Shown in pieces: positions 1 to 10,240 of a DNA stretch of 64,000 nt (position 1 is its first letter; the number at the start of each line of letters is the position of its first letter). The position numbers and the translations under genes are program-made. Under the pieces are notes generated by a model. It was given only the letters and a program-made list of their open reading frames with translations. It made no database searches and had not been told where the DNA came from. Source of the DNA: Candidatus Azotimanducaceae bacterium (GTDB taxonomy: Bacteria > Pseudomonadota > Gammaproteobacteria > Pseudomonadales > Azotimanducaceae); contig OZ244128.1 of NCBI GenBank assembly GCA_965215995.1, positions 400,284 through 464,283 on the forward strand, in the 5' to 3' direction.

Positions 1-367
1 ACATCATCTCGACGCCGCCGGCGATGCAGAGATCGTCCATGCCGCTCATCACGTTTGCAGCCGCCAGGTTCACCGAGGTGATGCCGGAACCGCAGAAGCG
101 ATCGAGGGTGACCGCAGAAGCCTTGGTGGACCAGCCCGCATCCAGGACAGCCATGCGGCCGACACAGGCACCCTGATAGCCGACCTGGGAGCTGCAACCG
201 ATCACTACGTCGTCCACGTCTTCGGTATTCAGATCGTTCCGGGACTCCACCTGCTCGAGCACCTTGGCCAGCAGCCGGCCGGGGTGGAAGTGGGACAGGG
301 AACCCTTCCCTGCCTTGCCGATGCCCCGTGGGGTGCGCACCGCGTCGATAATGTAGGCGTCCGCCAT
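1..367 (-). CDS. acetyl-CoA C-acyltransferase (thiolase), N-terminal part; the rest of the gene lies beyond the window start
   Basis: My own translation of the minus strand from the ATG at 367-365 gives MADAYIIDAVRTPRGIGKAGKGSLSHFHPGRLLAKVLEQV...AVTLDRFCGSGITSVNLAANVMSG. This is a thiolase N-terminal domain with the acyl-enzyme Cys in RFCGSG. It is absent from the ORF track because it is truncated. Confidence 0.85.
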   Translation of the reverse strand, partial: MADAYIIDAVRTPRGIGKAGKGSLSHFHPGRLLAKVLEQVESRNDLNTEDVDDVVIGCSSQVGYQGACVGRMAVLDAGWSTKASAVTLDRFCGSGITSVNLAAANVMSGMDDLCIAGGVEMM

Positions 368-441
368 GATCTTCTCTCTCCTTTGCAAACACTGAATACT
401 GAGCTGTAAACCAGTCAGACTACCTCAATCCTGCGGCCCGT

Positions 442-1572
442 TCACTCGTCCAGCGTGGCCGACAACCTCTCGGTCGCGGCAAGGTAGTCCTCCATGAACT
501 CCCGAACCACGGTCCGCGAGTCCTGAATGTCGTTCATCAGCCCCACGCCCTGACCAACGAAGAAGGTTGCCAGGCTCCGCGCGCCGGAATGCCCGCCTTC
601 GGCAAGCTTGGTCACCCGGCTGAGCGCCGGTTCGCTGACCAGGGACATGAGCGGCATGGGCAGCGGTTCCGGCGCCTCTTCGCTCTCCCAGGCATCAGTC
701 CAGGCGGAGCGCAGCTGCCGCGAGTACTTGCCCGTTCGATACTTCGAGCGCACGGTCTGCCGGGAGGTGGCCTGCGTGTACTTCTCCTTCACCACCGGTG
801 AGGTCTCTGCTTCGGTGGTGGTGAGCCACATGGATCCGGTCCAGGCGCCGTGCGCACCCATGGCCATGCAGGCGGCCATCTGCCGCCCCTGGACGATGCC
901 GCCGGCTGCCAGAATGCAGACATTGGAATCCCGCACCGCTTCGACCACCTCCGGTACCAGCACCATGGTGCTCACCTCGCCGCAGTGCCCGCCCGCTTCG
1001 GTGCCGGCCACGACCAGGATGTCCACGCCGGCTTCCACCTGCTTGATCGCATGCTCTTTGGCACCGACCAGAGCCGCTGTCGCCACGCCCCGCTCCTTAC
1101 CCATCTCCAGCATGTAGCGGGGCGGAACACCGAGGGCGTTGGCGATCAGTTTTATAGGATGTGAGAAGGCAACGTCGATGATGTTGGTCGCCTTGTTTTC
1201 GGTCAGGAAGCCGCTTGCAATCCCTGCGCGCACGCCTTCGTAAAGATCGCCCGCTTCGATGTCGTGCTGGGCGAGCACGTTCACCGCGTAGTCCCGATGC
1301 TCTTCCGGCACCCGGGCATTCAGCGATTCCCCGGTATCCTCATCGGTCGCGGCCAGAGACGTGGGTGCAATGAGATCCACGCCATAGGGTTTGCCGTCAA
1401 TGTGCTCGTCAATCCAGCTCAGCTCGATCTCGAGCTGCTCGGCGCTGTAGCCCGCCGCACCCAACACGCCCATGCCGCCTGCTTTCGACACCTCCACCAC
1501 CACATCACGGCAGTGAGTAAACGCCAGCAAGGGGAACTCGATTCCGAGCAGGTCACATACGGGAGATTTCAT
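442..1572 (-). CDS. nitronate monooxygenase / 2-nitropropane dioxygenase-like FMN-dependent oxidoreductase
   Basis: 376-aa ORF. It has the N-terminus [14 protein letters not shown]...[10 protein letters not shown] and the [10 protein letters not shown] motif typical of the NMO/FabK-like family. Confidence 0.85.
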   Translation of the reverse strand: MKSPVCDLLGIEFPLLAFTHCRDVVVEVSKAGGMGVLGAAGYSAEQLEIELSWIDEHIDGKPYGVDLIAPTSLAATDEDTGESLNARVPEEHRDYAVNVLAQHDIEAGDLYEGVRAGIASGFLTENKATNIIDVAFSHPIKLIANALGVPPRYMLEMGKERGVATAALVGAKEHAIKQVEAGVDILVVAGTEAGGHCGEVSTMVLVPEVVEAVRDSNVCILAAGGIVQGRQMAACMAMGAHGAWTGSMWLTTTEAETSPVVKEKYTQATSRQTVRSKYRTGKYSRQLRSAWTDAWESEEAPEPLPMPLMSLVSEPALSRVTKLAEGGHSGARSLATFFVGQGVGLMNDIQDSRTVVREFMEDYLAATERLSATLDE

Positions 1573-1608
1573 CTCTGGCCTCCTTTTTCTTCAGGGCGAA
1601 ACTCGTTC

Positions 1609-1628
1609 TACTCATTGATGAGTATAAT
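1609..1628 (+). promoter_or_regulatory. candidate operator palindrome overlapping a consensus -10 box in the divergent 442-1572 / 1671-2807 spacer
   Basis: TACTCAT-TG-ATGAGTA (7-bp inverted arms, 1609-1624) runs directly into TATAAT (1623-1628). This lies about 45 nt upstream of the ATG at 1671, which has a GGGGAGG RBS. Confidence 0.4.
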
Positions 1629-1670
1629 GCTGGATCCGGGCATACGAGGACAGATGGGGAGGCAGCACGC

Positions 1671-2807
1671 ATGGGACCACTTGACGGCATACGAGTCATC
1701 GAGCTCCAGGGCATCGGCCCGGGGCCCTTCTGCGGCATGATGCTGGCGGACATGGGCGCGGAGATCATCCGCATAGACCGGGCGGGTTCCGTCGGCCGCA
1801 AGGCGTCAACCGCTGACGTGCTCGCTCGCGGCAGAAAGAGCATCGGCGTGGACCTGAAGCACCCGGATGGGGTGGAGACGGTGTTGAAGCTCATCGAATC
1901 CGCCGATGTGCTCATCGAGGGATTCCGACCGGGCGTTACAGAGCGTCTTGGCCTGGGACCCACGGTCTGTCTGACCCGGAATCCAAAGCTGGTTTACGGA
2001 CGCATGACCGGCTGGGGACAGACGGGCTCGATGGCACCCGCCGCCGGTCACGACATCAACTACATCTCGCTTTCCGGGGCGCTGCACGGCATCGGCGAGG
2101 CGGGCGGCAAGCCAATCCCGCCCCTGAACCTGGTGGGTGACTTCGGTGGTGGCGGCATGCTGCTCGCCTTCGGCATCGCCGCCGCACTGGTCGAGGTGGG
2201 CAAGAGCGGTGAAGGCCAGGTGATCGATGCAGCCATGACCGATGGCTCAGCTCTGCTCATGAACGCCATCTTCGGCATGATGAACACGGGCGCCTGGCAA
2301 CCGGAGCGCGGCACCAACCTGCTGGATACCGGCGCCCACTTCTATGGCACCTTCGAAACCAGCGATGGTAGGTACATCTCCATCGGCTCCATCGAGCCTC
2401 AGTTCTATGCCCTGCTGCTGGAGAAAACGGGCCTGCAGGCCGATCCACGCTTCGAAAAGCAGATGGATCGTGCGCTCTGGCCGGAATTGAAAGCCGAGCT
2501 TACGAAGATCTTCCTCACGAAAACCCGGGATGAGTGGGACGACATCATGCTCGGCACGGACATCTGCTACGCACCCGTGCTCCACCTCACCGATGCGGCT
2601 GCCCATCCGCACAACAGGGAGCGGCAGACCTTCGTGGAATCGGCAGGCATCATCCAGGCGGCGCCCGCGCCCAGGTTCTCCCGCACCGGGCCGGAGCTTC
2701 CCACCCCGCCGGTTGCACCTGGTGCACAGACCAATGAGGTGCTCGCCAGCATTGGCATCAGCGACAACGACATCGCGGCACTGAGAAACTCAGGCGCCAT
2801 CGCCTGA
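1671..2807 (+). CDS. family III CoA-transferase (CaiB/BaiF family; alpha-methylacyl-CoA racemase-like)
   Basis: 378 aa. The N-terminus [32 protein letters not shown] and overall length are typical of the family III CoA-transferase / Mcr family. Confidence 0.85.
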   Translation: MGPLDGIRVIELQGIGPGPFCGMMLADMGAEIIRIDRAGSVGRKASTADVLARGRKSIGVDLKHPDGVETVLKLIESADVLIEGFRPGVTERLGLGPTVCLTRNPKLVYGRMTGWGQTGSMAPAAGHDINYISLSGALHGIGEAGGKPIPPLNLVGDFGGGGMLLAFGIAAALVEVGKSGEGQVIDAAMTDGSALLMNAIFGMMNTGAWQPERGTNLLDTGAHFYGTFETSDGRYISIGSIEPQFYALLLEKTGLQADPRFEKQMDRALWPELKAELTKIFLTKTRDEWDDIMLGTDICYAPVLHLTDAAAHPHNRERQTFVESAGIIQAAPAPRFSRTGPELPTPPVAPGAQTNEVLASIGISDNDIAALRNSGAIA

Positions 2808-2828
2808 TCGGTCATACCGGGCGCGCCG

Positions 2829-3665
2829 TCAGCTCAAGGACAGCTTTTCCTCGAGGTCATCACCACCTCGGGGAACTGCGCCCAGCCCTCTGATGCCAAA
2901 GCCACCATCGTGGTTCAGCACAGCCCCTGTAGACGGCACGTTGTCCTTCCGGGACGAGAAGAATACGTAAGCACCGGCGTACTCGGCCGGTGTCGGCATC
3001 TGCCCTAACGGCACGAAACCGGCTGCGTTCTCTGCCATGGCGTCACCAGGAAATTTCCGCGCCTCCATGCCGAGGCTGGCCGGTCCTTTCAGGCTGGTAG
3101 AGATGGCACCGGGCGCCACCCCGTTCACCCGCACGTGCGGCGCCAGCTCAAAGGCAAGCTGGCGGATCATGCCGACTACCGCGTGCTTGGTGCCGGTGTA
3201 GAGCATGCCACCACCACTCGGCCAGAAGCCGGCGTTGGAAACTGTGAACGTCATGGCACCGTTGCTGGCAACGAGTGGCTTCAGCGCCGCCTTGGCCAGC
3301 ATCATGTAGCCGAGCACGTTGACCCGGAACAGCTCATCGAAAGTGTCTGAGAGCTTGTCAGCCGGCAGATCCACAAGCGTCACGTTGTAGTCCCAGATGC
3401 CAGCGTTGCCAACGGCTGCATCCAGGCTGCCGAACCGGTCAACGGCCTTGGTGACCGCTGAGGCGTTGTCTTCATACTCGCGCACGTCGCCGGTAGTGCA
3501 GATGATGCGATCGCCATGCTTTGCCTCGAGGGCAGCGCATCCTTCCTGGGAGCGGTCCAGCACCGCCACGTTCGCGCCTTCTTCGATGAAGCGATCGACA
3601 ATCGCCGCGCCGAGACCCGACGCACCGCCAGTGATCAGTGCAGTCTGCCCATCCAGCGCACCCAT
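2829..3665 (-). CDS. short-chain dehydrogenase, cis-dihydrodiol dehydrogenase (BphB)-like
   Basis: 278 aa with TGGASGLG cofactor motif and YTGTK (YxxxK). Its start overlaps the stop of the upstream dioxygenase beta subunit by 1 nt at 3665. Confidence 0.8.
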   Translation of the reverse strand: MGALDGQTALITGGASGLGAAIVDRFIEEGANVAVLDRSQEGCAALEAKHGDRIICTTGDVREYEDNASAVTKAVDRFGSLDAAVGNAGIWDYNVTLVDLPADKLSDTFDELFRVNVLGYMMLAKAALKPLVASNGAMTFTVSNAGFWPSGGGMLYTGTKHAVVGMIRQLAFELAPHVRVNGVAPGAISTSLKGPASLGMEARKFPGDAMAENAAGFVPLGQMPTPAEYAGAYVFFSSRKDNVPSTGAVLNHDGGFGIRGLGAVPRGGDDLEEKLSLS

Positions 3666-4198
3666 CAGAACAGGTTGCTCATGTTCTGAGCCAGGATCAC
3701 CGTCTGTTCCAGGAAGATGTGCCGTCGCGCCAGTTTCAGCTCACCGTCCACCCGTCGCAGCAGATCTTCTCGACGACCAATCCAGCTGTCTTCCTCACTG
3801 GCAAGCCGGGTGCGGTAGAGCTGAAAGTTGCAGGTTGTCAGCAACTCGTCGCCATTGATTTCAAGAATCCGGACGTTAGTCACCATCCGCCGGGTGCGCG
3901 AAGGCGGATCCTCCGCCCAGGCCCGGCCTGCGCTCAGCCGTTGCACCCTGAGCCGAAGCGTTCTGATGTCATCATCAAACAGCGCCATGGCCCCGGGCTG
4001 GGTGAACTCTTTGTCCACTTCCTTCGCCGTGGTCGTGCGGCGCAGGGGCATCCAGTAGTGAATATCCTCCGTCAGAAGATCGAGCCACTCATCCAGGCGC
4101 TTCTCATCGAGGAGCGCGCCTTCACCGATCAGGAACTGCTCTGCCTCGTAGGTCAGCAGCATCCGCTCGTTGAGGCTCAGATCTTGAAAGGCAGCCAT
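3665..4198 (-). CDS. aromatic ring-hydroxylating dioxygenase, small (beta) subunit
   Basis: 177 aa, of the size and sequence style of the NTF2-like beta subunit. It is translationally coupled to the alpha subunit (1-nt overlap at 4198) and to the SDR. Confidence 0.8.
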   Translation of the reverse strand: MAAFQDLSLNERMLLTYEAEQFLIGEGALLDEKRLDEWLDLLTEDIHYWMPLRRTTTAKEVDKEFTQPGAMALFDDDIRTLRLRVQRLSAGRAWAEDPPSRTRRMVTNVRILEINGDELLTTCNFQLYRTRLASEEDSWIGRREDLLRRVDGELKLARRHIFLEQTVILAQNMSNLF

Positions 4199-5538
4199 CA
4201 GACGATTCCCTTAGGCGGCTCGGAGTGATTGGCGATCAGATCTGCCCAGCTCTCTGCCAGCATCCATTCCTGCCAGGACTGATAGTTCCAACGCTGGGCA
4301 TGCTCGTTCACCACCGTCTTGATTGCATGTTGCCCGGAAGCGTCCTCCTCCACCCGATCATGCCCCTGCCCCATGCGCAGGTAGTGAGGTTGCCGTCGCG
4401 TCACCGCACCGATCGATCCGCGGGTGGAGTGGCTCCAGTTCTCGCCATCATCCTGTTCGAGCAAACCGGCCGGGCCGAACACATGGTTCGCCATGAACAT
4501 GCTGTTGCGCCGCTCGTCCTCCGAGATGCCTTTCGGCATGAAGGTGAACCACCAGAGCTCGGTCTCCAATGGACCACGTGGTATGCGCAGGCAGACCTGA
4601 CGTGTGAGCGCCACCCATAAGTTCGGGAAGATGTTCGGGTGACCGAAACAGCGGCTGCCGATGGGACCCAGCACCTCCCGAACTTTCGGATCGGTCCGCC
4701 GCGACGCCTGCAGGTCATACCACTGCGGCTCACCTTCGCCGCTGGCCATCCGGGCATCGTAATCGGCGATCTGCTCCTCCGACAGTCCGGGACCGCCGAT
4801 ACCATGGCCGTACTCGCCCAGGATCACCATCTGATCCATATAGGCCATGGACTCGTGACTCAATAGTCCAGCCCGCAGCGCCGAGCCGTGACTGATCTTC
4901 ACGTGATACCAATCGTAAAGATTGTCGACCGCGAGCTTCCAGTTGCACTTGATCCGGTTCTTCACCACTCCATCCACGGCGACCAGATCACCGTGCGTGG
5001 CCAGGGTGTCGATACCGAGCCGCCCCACCCAGCCGAGATAGTCCTCGAGCGGCGGTGCGCTCGAATCCATGGTGGCAAAAACAAACCCTTTGTAGCTGGT
5101 CACTTGGGCCGCCCGTCCCAGGCCCCAACGTTCCTTATCAATGTCGTTCCGGTAGTACTCCTCTTCCCCCGGCATGCCGACCAGCTTGCCGGTGAGGTCG
5201 AAATTCCAGCCGTGGTAGGAGCAGAGGAAGCTCCAGGCGTTACCCTGCTCTGCGCGGCATACCGTGTTGCCCCGATGGGCACAGGAGTTCAGCAGCACCT
5301 GGATCTGACCGGTCCGGTCGCGAACGACGATCACTTCGTCTTCGCCGATCCAGTTCATGAAGAAATCACCGGGTTCCGGGATCTGCGTCTCGTGACACAT
5401 GAAGTTCCACGCCCGGGCGAAGATCTTCTCGAGCTCCGCTGCGTAGATTTCAGGGTCGTTGTAGATGCGCCGATCCAGCAGCCCCCGGTCAACGTCGTAC
5501 CAGGGTTGCTGATTCTGTACGGTCGATGGTTCCGCCAT
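4198..5538 (-). CDS. Rieske (2Fe-2S) ring-hydroxylating dioxygenase, large (alpha) subunit
   Basis: 446 aa. Rieske ligands are CAHRGNTVC...CSYHGW. The catalytic-domain iron motif is NWKLAVDNLYDWYHVKISH. Confidence 0.9.
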   Translation of the reverse strand: MAEPSTVQNQQPWYDVDRGLLDRRIYNDPEIYAAELEKIFARAWNFMCHETQIPEPGDFFMNWIGEDEVIVVRDRTGQIQVLLNSCAHRGNTVCRAEQGNAWSFLCSYHGWNFDLTGKLVGMPGEEEYYRNDIDKERWGLGRAAQVTSYKGFVFATMDSSAPPLEDYLGWVGRLGIDTLATHGDLVAVDGVVKNRIKCNWKLAVDNLYDWYHVKISHGSALRAGLLSHESMAYMDQMVILGEYGHGIGGPGLSEEQIADYDARMASGEGEPQWYDLQASRRTDPKVREVLGPIGSRCFGHPNIFPNLWVALTRQVCLRIPRGPLETELWWFTFMPKGISEDERRNSMFMANHVFGPAGLLEQDDGENWSHSTRGSIGAVTRRQPHYLRMGQGHDRVEEDASGQHAIKTVVNEHAQRWNYQSWQEWMLAESWADLIANHSEPPKGIV

Positions 5539-5565
5539 TGCGCCCCCTCCTACCCTCGTTTCGAT

Positions 5566-5874
5566 TTACGGACCCTGATCGTCGGGCTCACACCCGCTGG
5601 TGACCTGCTGCAGTTTTTCCGTCAACGCCAGGTAGTTTTCCGGACTCAGCTGTGGAGGTTGCTGCTGTGTCATCATCGCCAGCGCCGCGGCCTGCTCCTC
5701 ATCGGACATGATCCGATCGGCAGTGGCTTGTCCGCATTCACAATTCTCCGGGGTATCCGCAGCGGTTCTAAGGCAGTAGTCCTCGAGCGAGCTGTACGAC
5801 TCCTGCGCCAACACCGGGGTCGTGATGTTAGCGAGCAGAACAAAGGGCACTGTTCTGAGCATTATTCCGAGCAT
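5566..5874 (-). CDS. small secreted hypothetical protein with four Cys
   Basis: The ORF 5566-5907 is trimmed to the ATG at 5874, preceded by GGAGGA 9 nt upstream. It has a signal-peptide-like N-terminus MLGIMLRTVPFVLLANITTPVLAQE. I recognise no family. Confidence 0.5.
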   Translation of the reverse strand: MLGIMLRTVPFVLLANITTPVLAQESYSSLEDYCLRTAADTPENCECGQATADRIMSDEEQAAALAMMTQQQPPQLSPENYLALTEKLQQVTSGCEPDDQGP

Positions 5875-5972
5875 CGATCCATGTCCTCCCTGTGGAATAG
5901 CCAACACTACCAGATCTTCAGCAACATACCCGTTTGGCTCCCTCCGCCGACGTCAGCGCGGGTCGGGGAACC

Positions 5973-7781
5973 TCAGTTGAACTCGATACCTTCGAAGTCG
6001 CCCTTCTCTCGCCATGCCTTGATGTACTTGAAATACGCCGTGGCACCTTCCGGATAACCCACGTTCATCTTCGCGGATTCCGGAATCTCCTGACCTTCGT
6101 TGTTGTAGTACCCGGGGGTGCAGTCCGGCGAGCCGATCATCATGCCGGCGCTATGACTCAACAGCTCGAGCCAGGCATCCTCAGCTTCTTTCGAGACCTC
6201 CACCGTCTGGTAGCCGCCATCCAGGGCGTGCCTCACCATCATGGCGATGGTCATGCCGGACTCGACGATGTTGTGCGGGATGTTGGAGATCAGGTTGGCA
6301 CCTTGAGTGGGCTGCACCCAGAACGCGTTCGGAAAGCCGTGCACGTTGATGCCGTGCTTGGTCCGCATGCCGTCGGCCCAGTACTCGGTGAGGGTCACAC
6401 CATCCCGGCCAACCGTCTCGAAACCGGCCCGGTGTGCGAGCTCGGTGCCCACCTCGAAGCCGGTGCCGTAGATGATGCAGTCCACCTCGTACTCCTGACC
6501 GCCGACGACCACGCCCTTGTCCGTGATCCGCTCGACCCCTTTGCCATCCGTATCGAGCAGCACGCAGGCGGGCTCGTTGAACGCATCCAGGTACTCATCG
6601 TGGAAGCACGGGCGCTTGCACAGCTGCCGGTACCAGGCTTTCAGCTTGTATGCCGTCTCCTTGTCCTCGACCACGGAATCGATCCGGTCGCGGATCTCCT
6701 CCATCTTCTCGAAGTCGGCATCTTCGTAGGACTCCAGCATCTTCAGCGGATCCCGACGGTGCTCTTCCGGCAGCTCCATGATCTTCGAGCGGATGCGCCG
6801 GGAGAGGTCCGTCCAACCATCCTGCACAAGGTCTTCTTCCGCGGCACCGCCCGTCTGATTGAGGGTGAAGTTCTCCATCCAACGTTGCTGCCAGCCAGGT
6901 GTGGCGATCTCTTCGAACCACTCAGGGTCCGTCTTCACATTGTCGCGCACGTCCACCGAAGACGGGGTGCGCTGGCAGACGTAGAAGGTCTTGCAGGCAC
7001 TGGCCAGGTGAGGGATGCACTGCACCGCGGTGGCACCGGTGCCGATCAGAGCGACGCGCTTGTCCGCCAGCTTGTCGAGCGGCGCACCGGCCTCATCGCC
7101 ACCCGTGTAGTCATAGTCCCAGCGGCTGGTGTGAAACGAATGACCCTTGAAATCTTCGATGCCCGGCACGCCAGGCAGCTTGGGCACATGCAGCGGTCCC
7201 GTGCCCATGCCGACGAACTGAGCGCTGAACGCATCACCGCGATCCGTCTCGATCCGCCAGACTTTCGCCGCGTCATCCCATTTCAGGGATTGCACCTGCG
7301 TGTGGAACAGCGCGTTGTCATAGAGGCCGTACTGATTGCCGATTCTCTCACAGTGCTCGAGTATCTCCGGCGCGTGCGCGTACTTCTCGGTCGGCATGTG
7401 ACCGGTTTCTTCCAGCAGCGGCATGTATATGAATGAAGCCGTATCGCACATGGCGCCCGGGTATCGGTTCCAATACCAGGTGCCGCCGAAGTCGCCGCCT
7501 TTCTCGATGATGCGCACATCCTTCACCCCCTGCTCCACCAGTCGGGCACCGGTGACAAGGCCCGCATAGCCACCCCCGATGAAGGCAACGGTCACGTGAT
7601 CGGTTTTCGGCTCGCGCTCCTTGAAGGGCACGTACGGATCGTCCAGATAGTGGGAAAGCTGGCCCTGGATCCGGATGTACTGGGCGTTGCCATCGGGTCG
7701 GAGACGCTTGTTCCGTTCCTCCATGTACTTCTTCTTCAGCGCCTCTTTGTCGACGACTTTCTTCTCTACCGCTTTATTCAT
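5973..7781 (-). CDS. Baeyer-Villiger (flavin-containing, NADPH-dependent) monooxygenase
   Basis: 602 aa. FAD motif is FIGGGYAGL and the BVMO fingerprint is FKGHSFHTSRWD (FxGxxxHxxxW[P/D]). The second dinucleotide motif is IGTGATAVQ. Confidence 0.9.
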   Translation of the reverse strand: MNKAVEKKVVDKEALKKKYMEERNKRLRPDGNAQYIRIQGQLSHYLDDPYVPFKEREPKTDHVTVAFIGGGYAGLVTGARLVEQGVKDVRIIEKGGDFGGTWYWNRYPGAMCDTASFIYMPLLEETGHMPTEKYAHAPEILEHCERIGNQYGLYDNALFHTQVQSLKWDDAAKVWRIETDRGDAFSAQFVGMGTGPLHVPKLPGVPGIEDFKGHSFHTSRWDYDYTGGDEAGAPLDKLADKRVALIGTGATAVQCIPHLASACKTFYVCQRTPSSVDVRDNVKTDPEWFEEIATPGWQQRWMENFTLNQTGGAAEEDLVQDGWTDLSRRIRSKIMELPEEHRRDPLKMLESYEDADFEKMEEIRDRIDSVVEDKETAYKLKAWYRQLCKRPCFHDEYLDAFNEPACVLLDTDGKGVERITDKGVVVGGQEYEVDCIIYGTGFEVGTELAHRAGFETVGRDGVTLTEYWADGMRTKHGINVHGFPNAFWVQPTQGANLISNIPHNIVESGMTIAMMVRHALDGGYQTVEVSKEAEDAWLELLSHSAGMMIGSPDCTPGYYNNEGQEIPESAKMNVGYPEGATAYFKYIKAWREKGDFEGIEFN

Positions 7782-7957
7782 AACAACCCCAGGAAGTGAC
7801 TGACCTAATCCATGAGCAGAAGGCCAACATGGTTTCGCAGCGTCCAGATCAGGTCAAGCGAAGGTGCATGTCGCCCATTCAAATCACACTAGCAGCCTGG
7901 ACGAAACCCGCCTTGATCCGCATCATCTCCGGCAGAAAGCAATCACGGAAGGCATTG

Positions 7958-8869
7958 ATGGATTCAAAAGACGACGCGATGGAATGGCTCGAAGCGGAGC
8001 TCAGCGATACTCTGGATGAAGACTATGAGCTGGAGATGTCTGATCCGCACATCTCCAGCGAGGTCAAGAAGATCTACCGGAAGGCTCGCCCGCCGGGCAT
8101 GGACCGGCGCGATTACTTCCGCCAGTTGCTCCTGCTGCAGTCCGAGCTGATCAAGCTCCAGGAATGGGTGATCCACACCGGCGCTAAAATCGTCGTGATC
8201 TTCGAGGGCCGGGACGCGGCCGGAAAGGGGGGCGCCATCAAGCGCATCACCCAGCGCTTGAACCCGCGGGTCGTGCGCACCGTAGCCCTGCCTGCGCCCA
8301 GCGAACGGGAGAAGAGCCAGTGGTACTTCCAGCGCTACGTGCCGCATCTGCCCGCGGCGGGTGAGATCGTGCTCTTCGACCGCTCATGGTACAACCGCTC
8401 CGGGGTGGAGCGCGTGATGGGGTTCGCGACGCCGGACCAGGTGGAGCAGTTCCTGAACGACACGCCGGAGTTCGAGCGCATGCTGGTCCGCTCCGGGATC
8501 ACAGTGCTCAAATACTGGTTCTCGATCACAGACGAAGAGCAGCAACTGAGGTTCCTGATGCGGATCTACGATCCCCTCAAGCAGTGGAAGCTCTCGCCCA
8601 TGGACCTGGAGTCCCGTGTCCGCTGGGAGGAGTACACCAAGGCCAAGGAGATCACCTTCGCCAGAACGAACATACCCGAGGCACCGTGGTTCATCGTCGA
8701 AGGCAACGACAAGAAGAAAGCACGGCTGAACTGCATCGCCCATCTGCTCGATCAGATTCCCTACGAGGAAGTGGAGAGCGACCCCATCGCCTTGCCGGAT
8801 CGCGTCTTCAATCCGGACTACGACCGGCAGACCCTGCCGAGCGAGCTGTACGTGCCGCAGCGGTACTGA
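7958..8869 (+). CDS. ppk2: polyphosphate kinase 2 (PPK2) family protein
   Basis: FEGRDAAGKGG (P-loop-like), QWYFQRY and DRSWYNR motifs. The track ORF (7796) is trimmed to the ATG at 7958, which has a GGAAGG RBS. Confidence 0.85.
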   Translation: MDSKDDAMEWLEAELSDTLDEDYELEMSDPHISSEVKKIYRKARPPGMDRRDYFRQLLLLQSELIKLQEWVIHTGAKIVVIFEGRDAAGKGGAIKRITQRLNPRVVRTVALPAPSEREKSQWYFQRYVPHLPAAGEIVLFDRSWYNRSGVERVMGFATPDQVEQFLNDTPEFERMLVRSGITVLKYWFSITDEEQQLRFLMRIYDPLKQWKLSPMDLESRVRWEEYTKAKEITFARTNIPEAPWFIVEGNDKKKARLNCIAHLLDQIPYEEVESDPIALPDRVFNPDYDRQTLPSELYVPQRY

Positions 8870-8887
8870 CGGGCAGGGCTAGCTGAC

Positions 8888-10237
8888 GTGGCCAGGCAGA
8901 TGCTGCTCAACGCGTTCGCCATGAACTGTGTCGCTCATCAGTCCAGCGGCCTCTGGCGTCATCCGAGGGATCGTTCACGGGAGTATTACTCCCTCGAGTA
9001 CTGGCAATCACTCGCCCAGACTCTGGAGGGCGGTTGTTTCGACGGGATCTTCCTCGCGGACGTCACCGGCGTTTATGACGTTTACCAGGGCACGCCGGAT
9101 GCAGCGCTGCGCACCGCCATGCAGATTCCGGCCAACGACCCGTTCTGCCTGGTGCCTGCCATGGCGGCGGTCACCGACCATCTGGGCTTCGGCATCACCG
9201 GCGCCATACCTTATGAGCCGCCCTACGCATTTGCCCGCCGGGTCTCGACCCTCGACCATCTCAGCCAGGGGCGAATGGCGTGGAACGTGGTGACCGGATA
9301 TCTGGACAGCGCCGCTCGGGGTGCCGGTCGGAAGAAGCAGACCGAGCACGACACCCGCTACGATATTGCCGATGACTACATGAGCGTGGTCTACAAGCTC
9401 TGGGAAGGAAGCTGGGAAGACGACGCCGTACGCTACGATCAGTCAGCGGGTATGTTCGCCGACCCAGCCCGGGTTCATGCAGTTTCGCACCACGGTCCAT
9501 ACTTCGACCTGGAAGCCATTCATCTCTGCGAGCCTTCCCCGCAACGAACGCCCGTGATCTTCCAGGCCGGCGCGTCTCCGCGCGGTCAGGCCTTCGCGGC
9601 CCAGCATGCCGAATGTGTGTTCATCGGGGCACCCACGATCGAGAGCACGGCAGCCATGGTTTCGAGCTTAAGGCAGGCGACCGCCGATGCAGGCCGGGAT
9701 CCCGATCAGCTGAAGATCTTCGCGCTGCTGGCGGTGGTGGCCGACGAAACAGACGCCCAGGCAGGCCGTAAGCTCGCGGACTACCGGCAATACGCTCTGC
9801 CGGAAGGATCCCTGGCACTGATGTCCGGCTGGACCGGAGTGGATCTCGGTCAGTTCGGTCTCGATGAGCGGGCCGAGAACGTCTCCAGCCAGGCCATCCA
9901 GAGCGCCATGAGCGGCCTCGGCAGCCGCACGGTTCGGGAGTGGGGCGAAGCATTGGCCGTCGGCGGCGCGGCCAACGTCATCAGCGGTTCACCCACCACC
10001 GTGGCCGATGCGCTAGAGCAGTGGCTGGATGAGACCGGTGTGGACGGATTCAATCTGGCCTACACCGTGATGCCCGAATGCTTCAGCGACTTCGTGACGC
10101 TGGTGACGCCGGAGCTTCAGCGTCGTGGTCGGCTGAGGAACTCATACAGTGAAGGCACGTTGAGGCAGAAGCTGTTCGGTGCTGGGGACCGCCTGCGGGC
10201 ACCCCATCCTGCGGCCGGTTATCGAAAAGCGGGCTGA
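8888..10237 (+). CDS. LLM-class FMNH2-dependent monooxygenase (NtaA/SnaA/DszA family)
   Basis: 449 aa with a GTG start. The N-terminus LLNAFAMNCVAHQSSGLWRHPRD...FDGIFLADV is characteristic of the NtaA/DszA family. Confidence 0.85.
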   Translation: MARQMLLNAFAMNCVAHQSSGLWRHPRDRSREYYSLEYWQSLAQTLEGGCFDGIFLADVTGVYDVYQGTPDAALRTAMQIPANDPFCLVPAMAAVTDHLGFGITGAIPYEPPYAFARRVSTLDHLSQGRMAWNVVTGYLDSAARGAGRKKQTEHDTRYDIADDYMSVVYKLWEGSWEDDAVRYDQSAGMFADPARVHAVSHHGPYFDLEAIHLCEPSPQRTPVIFQAGASPRGQAFAAQHAECVFIGAPTIESTAAMVSSLRQATADAGRDPDQLKIFALLAVVADETDAQAGRKLADYRQYALPEGSLALMSGWTGVDLGQFGLDERAENVSSQAIQSAMSGLGSRTVREWGEALAVGGAANVISGSPTTVADALEQWLDETGVDGFNLAYTVMPECFSDFVTLVTPELQRRGRLRNSYSEGTLRQKLFGAGDRLRAPHPAAGYRKAG

Positions 10238-10240
10238 TTC

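Noticed and set aside
2829-5538. Steroid 9-alpha-hydroxylase (KshA)-type interpretation of the Rieske oxygenase
   Set aside because: KshA-type enzymes are single-subunit. This enzyme has a separate beta subunit and a coupled cis-diol dehydrogenase, i.e. a biphenyl/naphthalene-type architecture.
5934-7436. 500-aa ORF on the plus strand
   Set aside because: It is entirely antisense to the BVMO gene, which has unambiguous FAD/NADPH and BVMO fingerprint motifs. The plus-strand product is Arg/Leu/His/Gly-rich low-complexity sequence, typical of a shadow ORF in GC-rich DNA.
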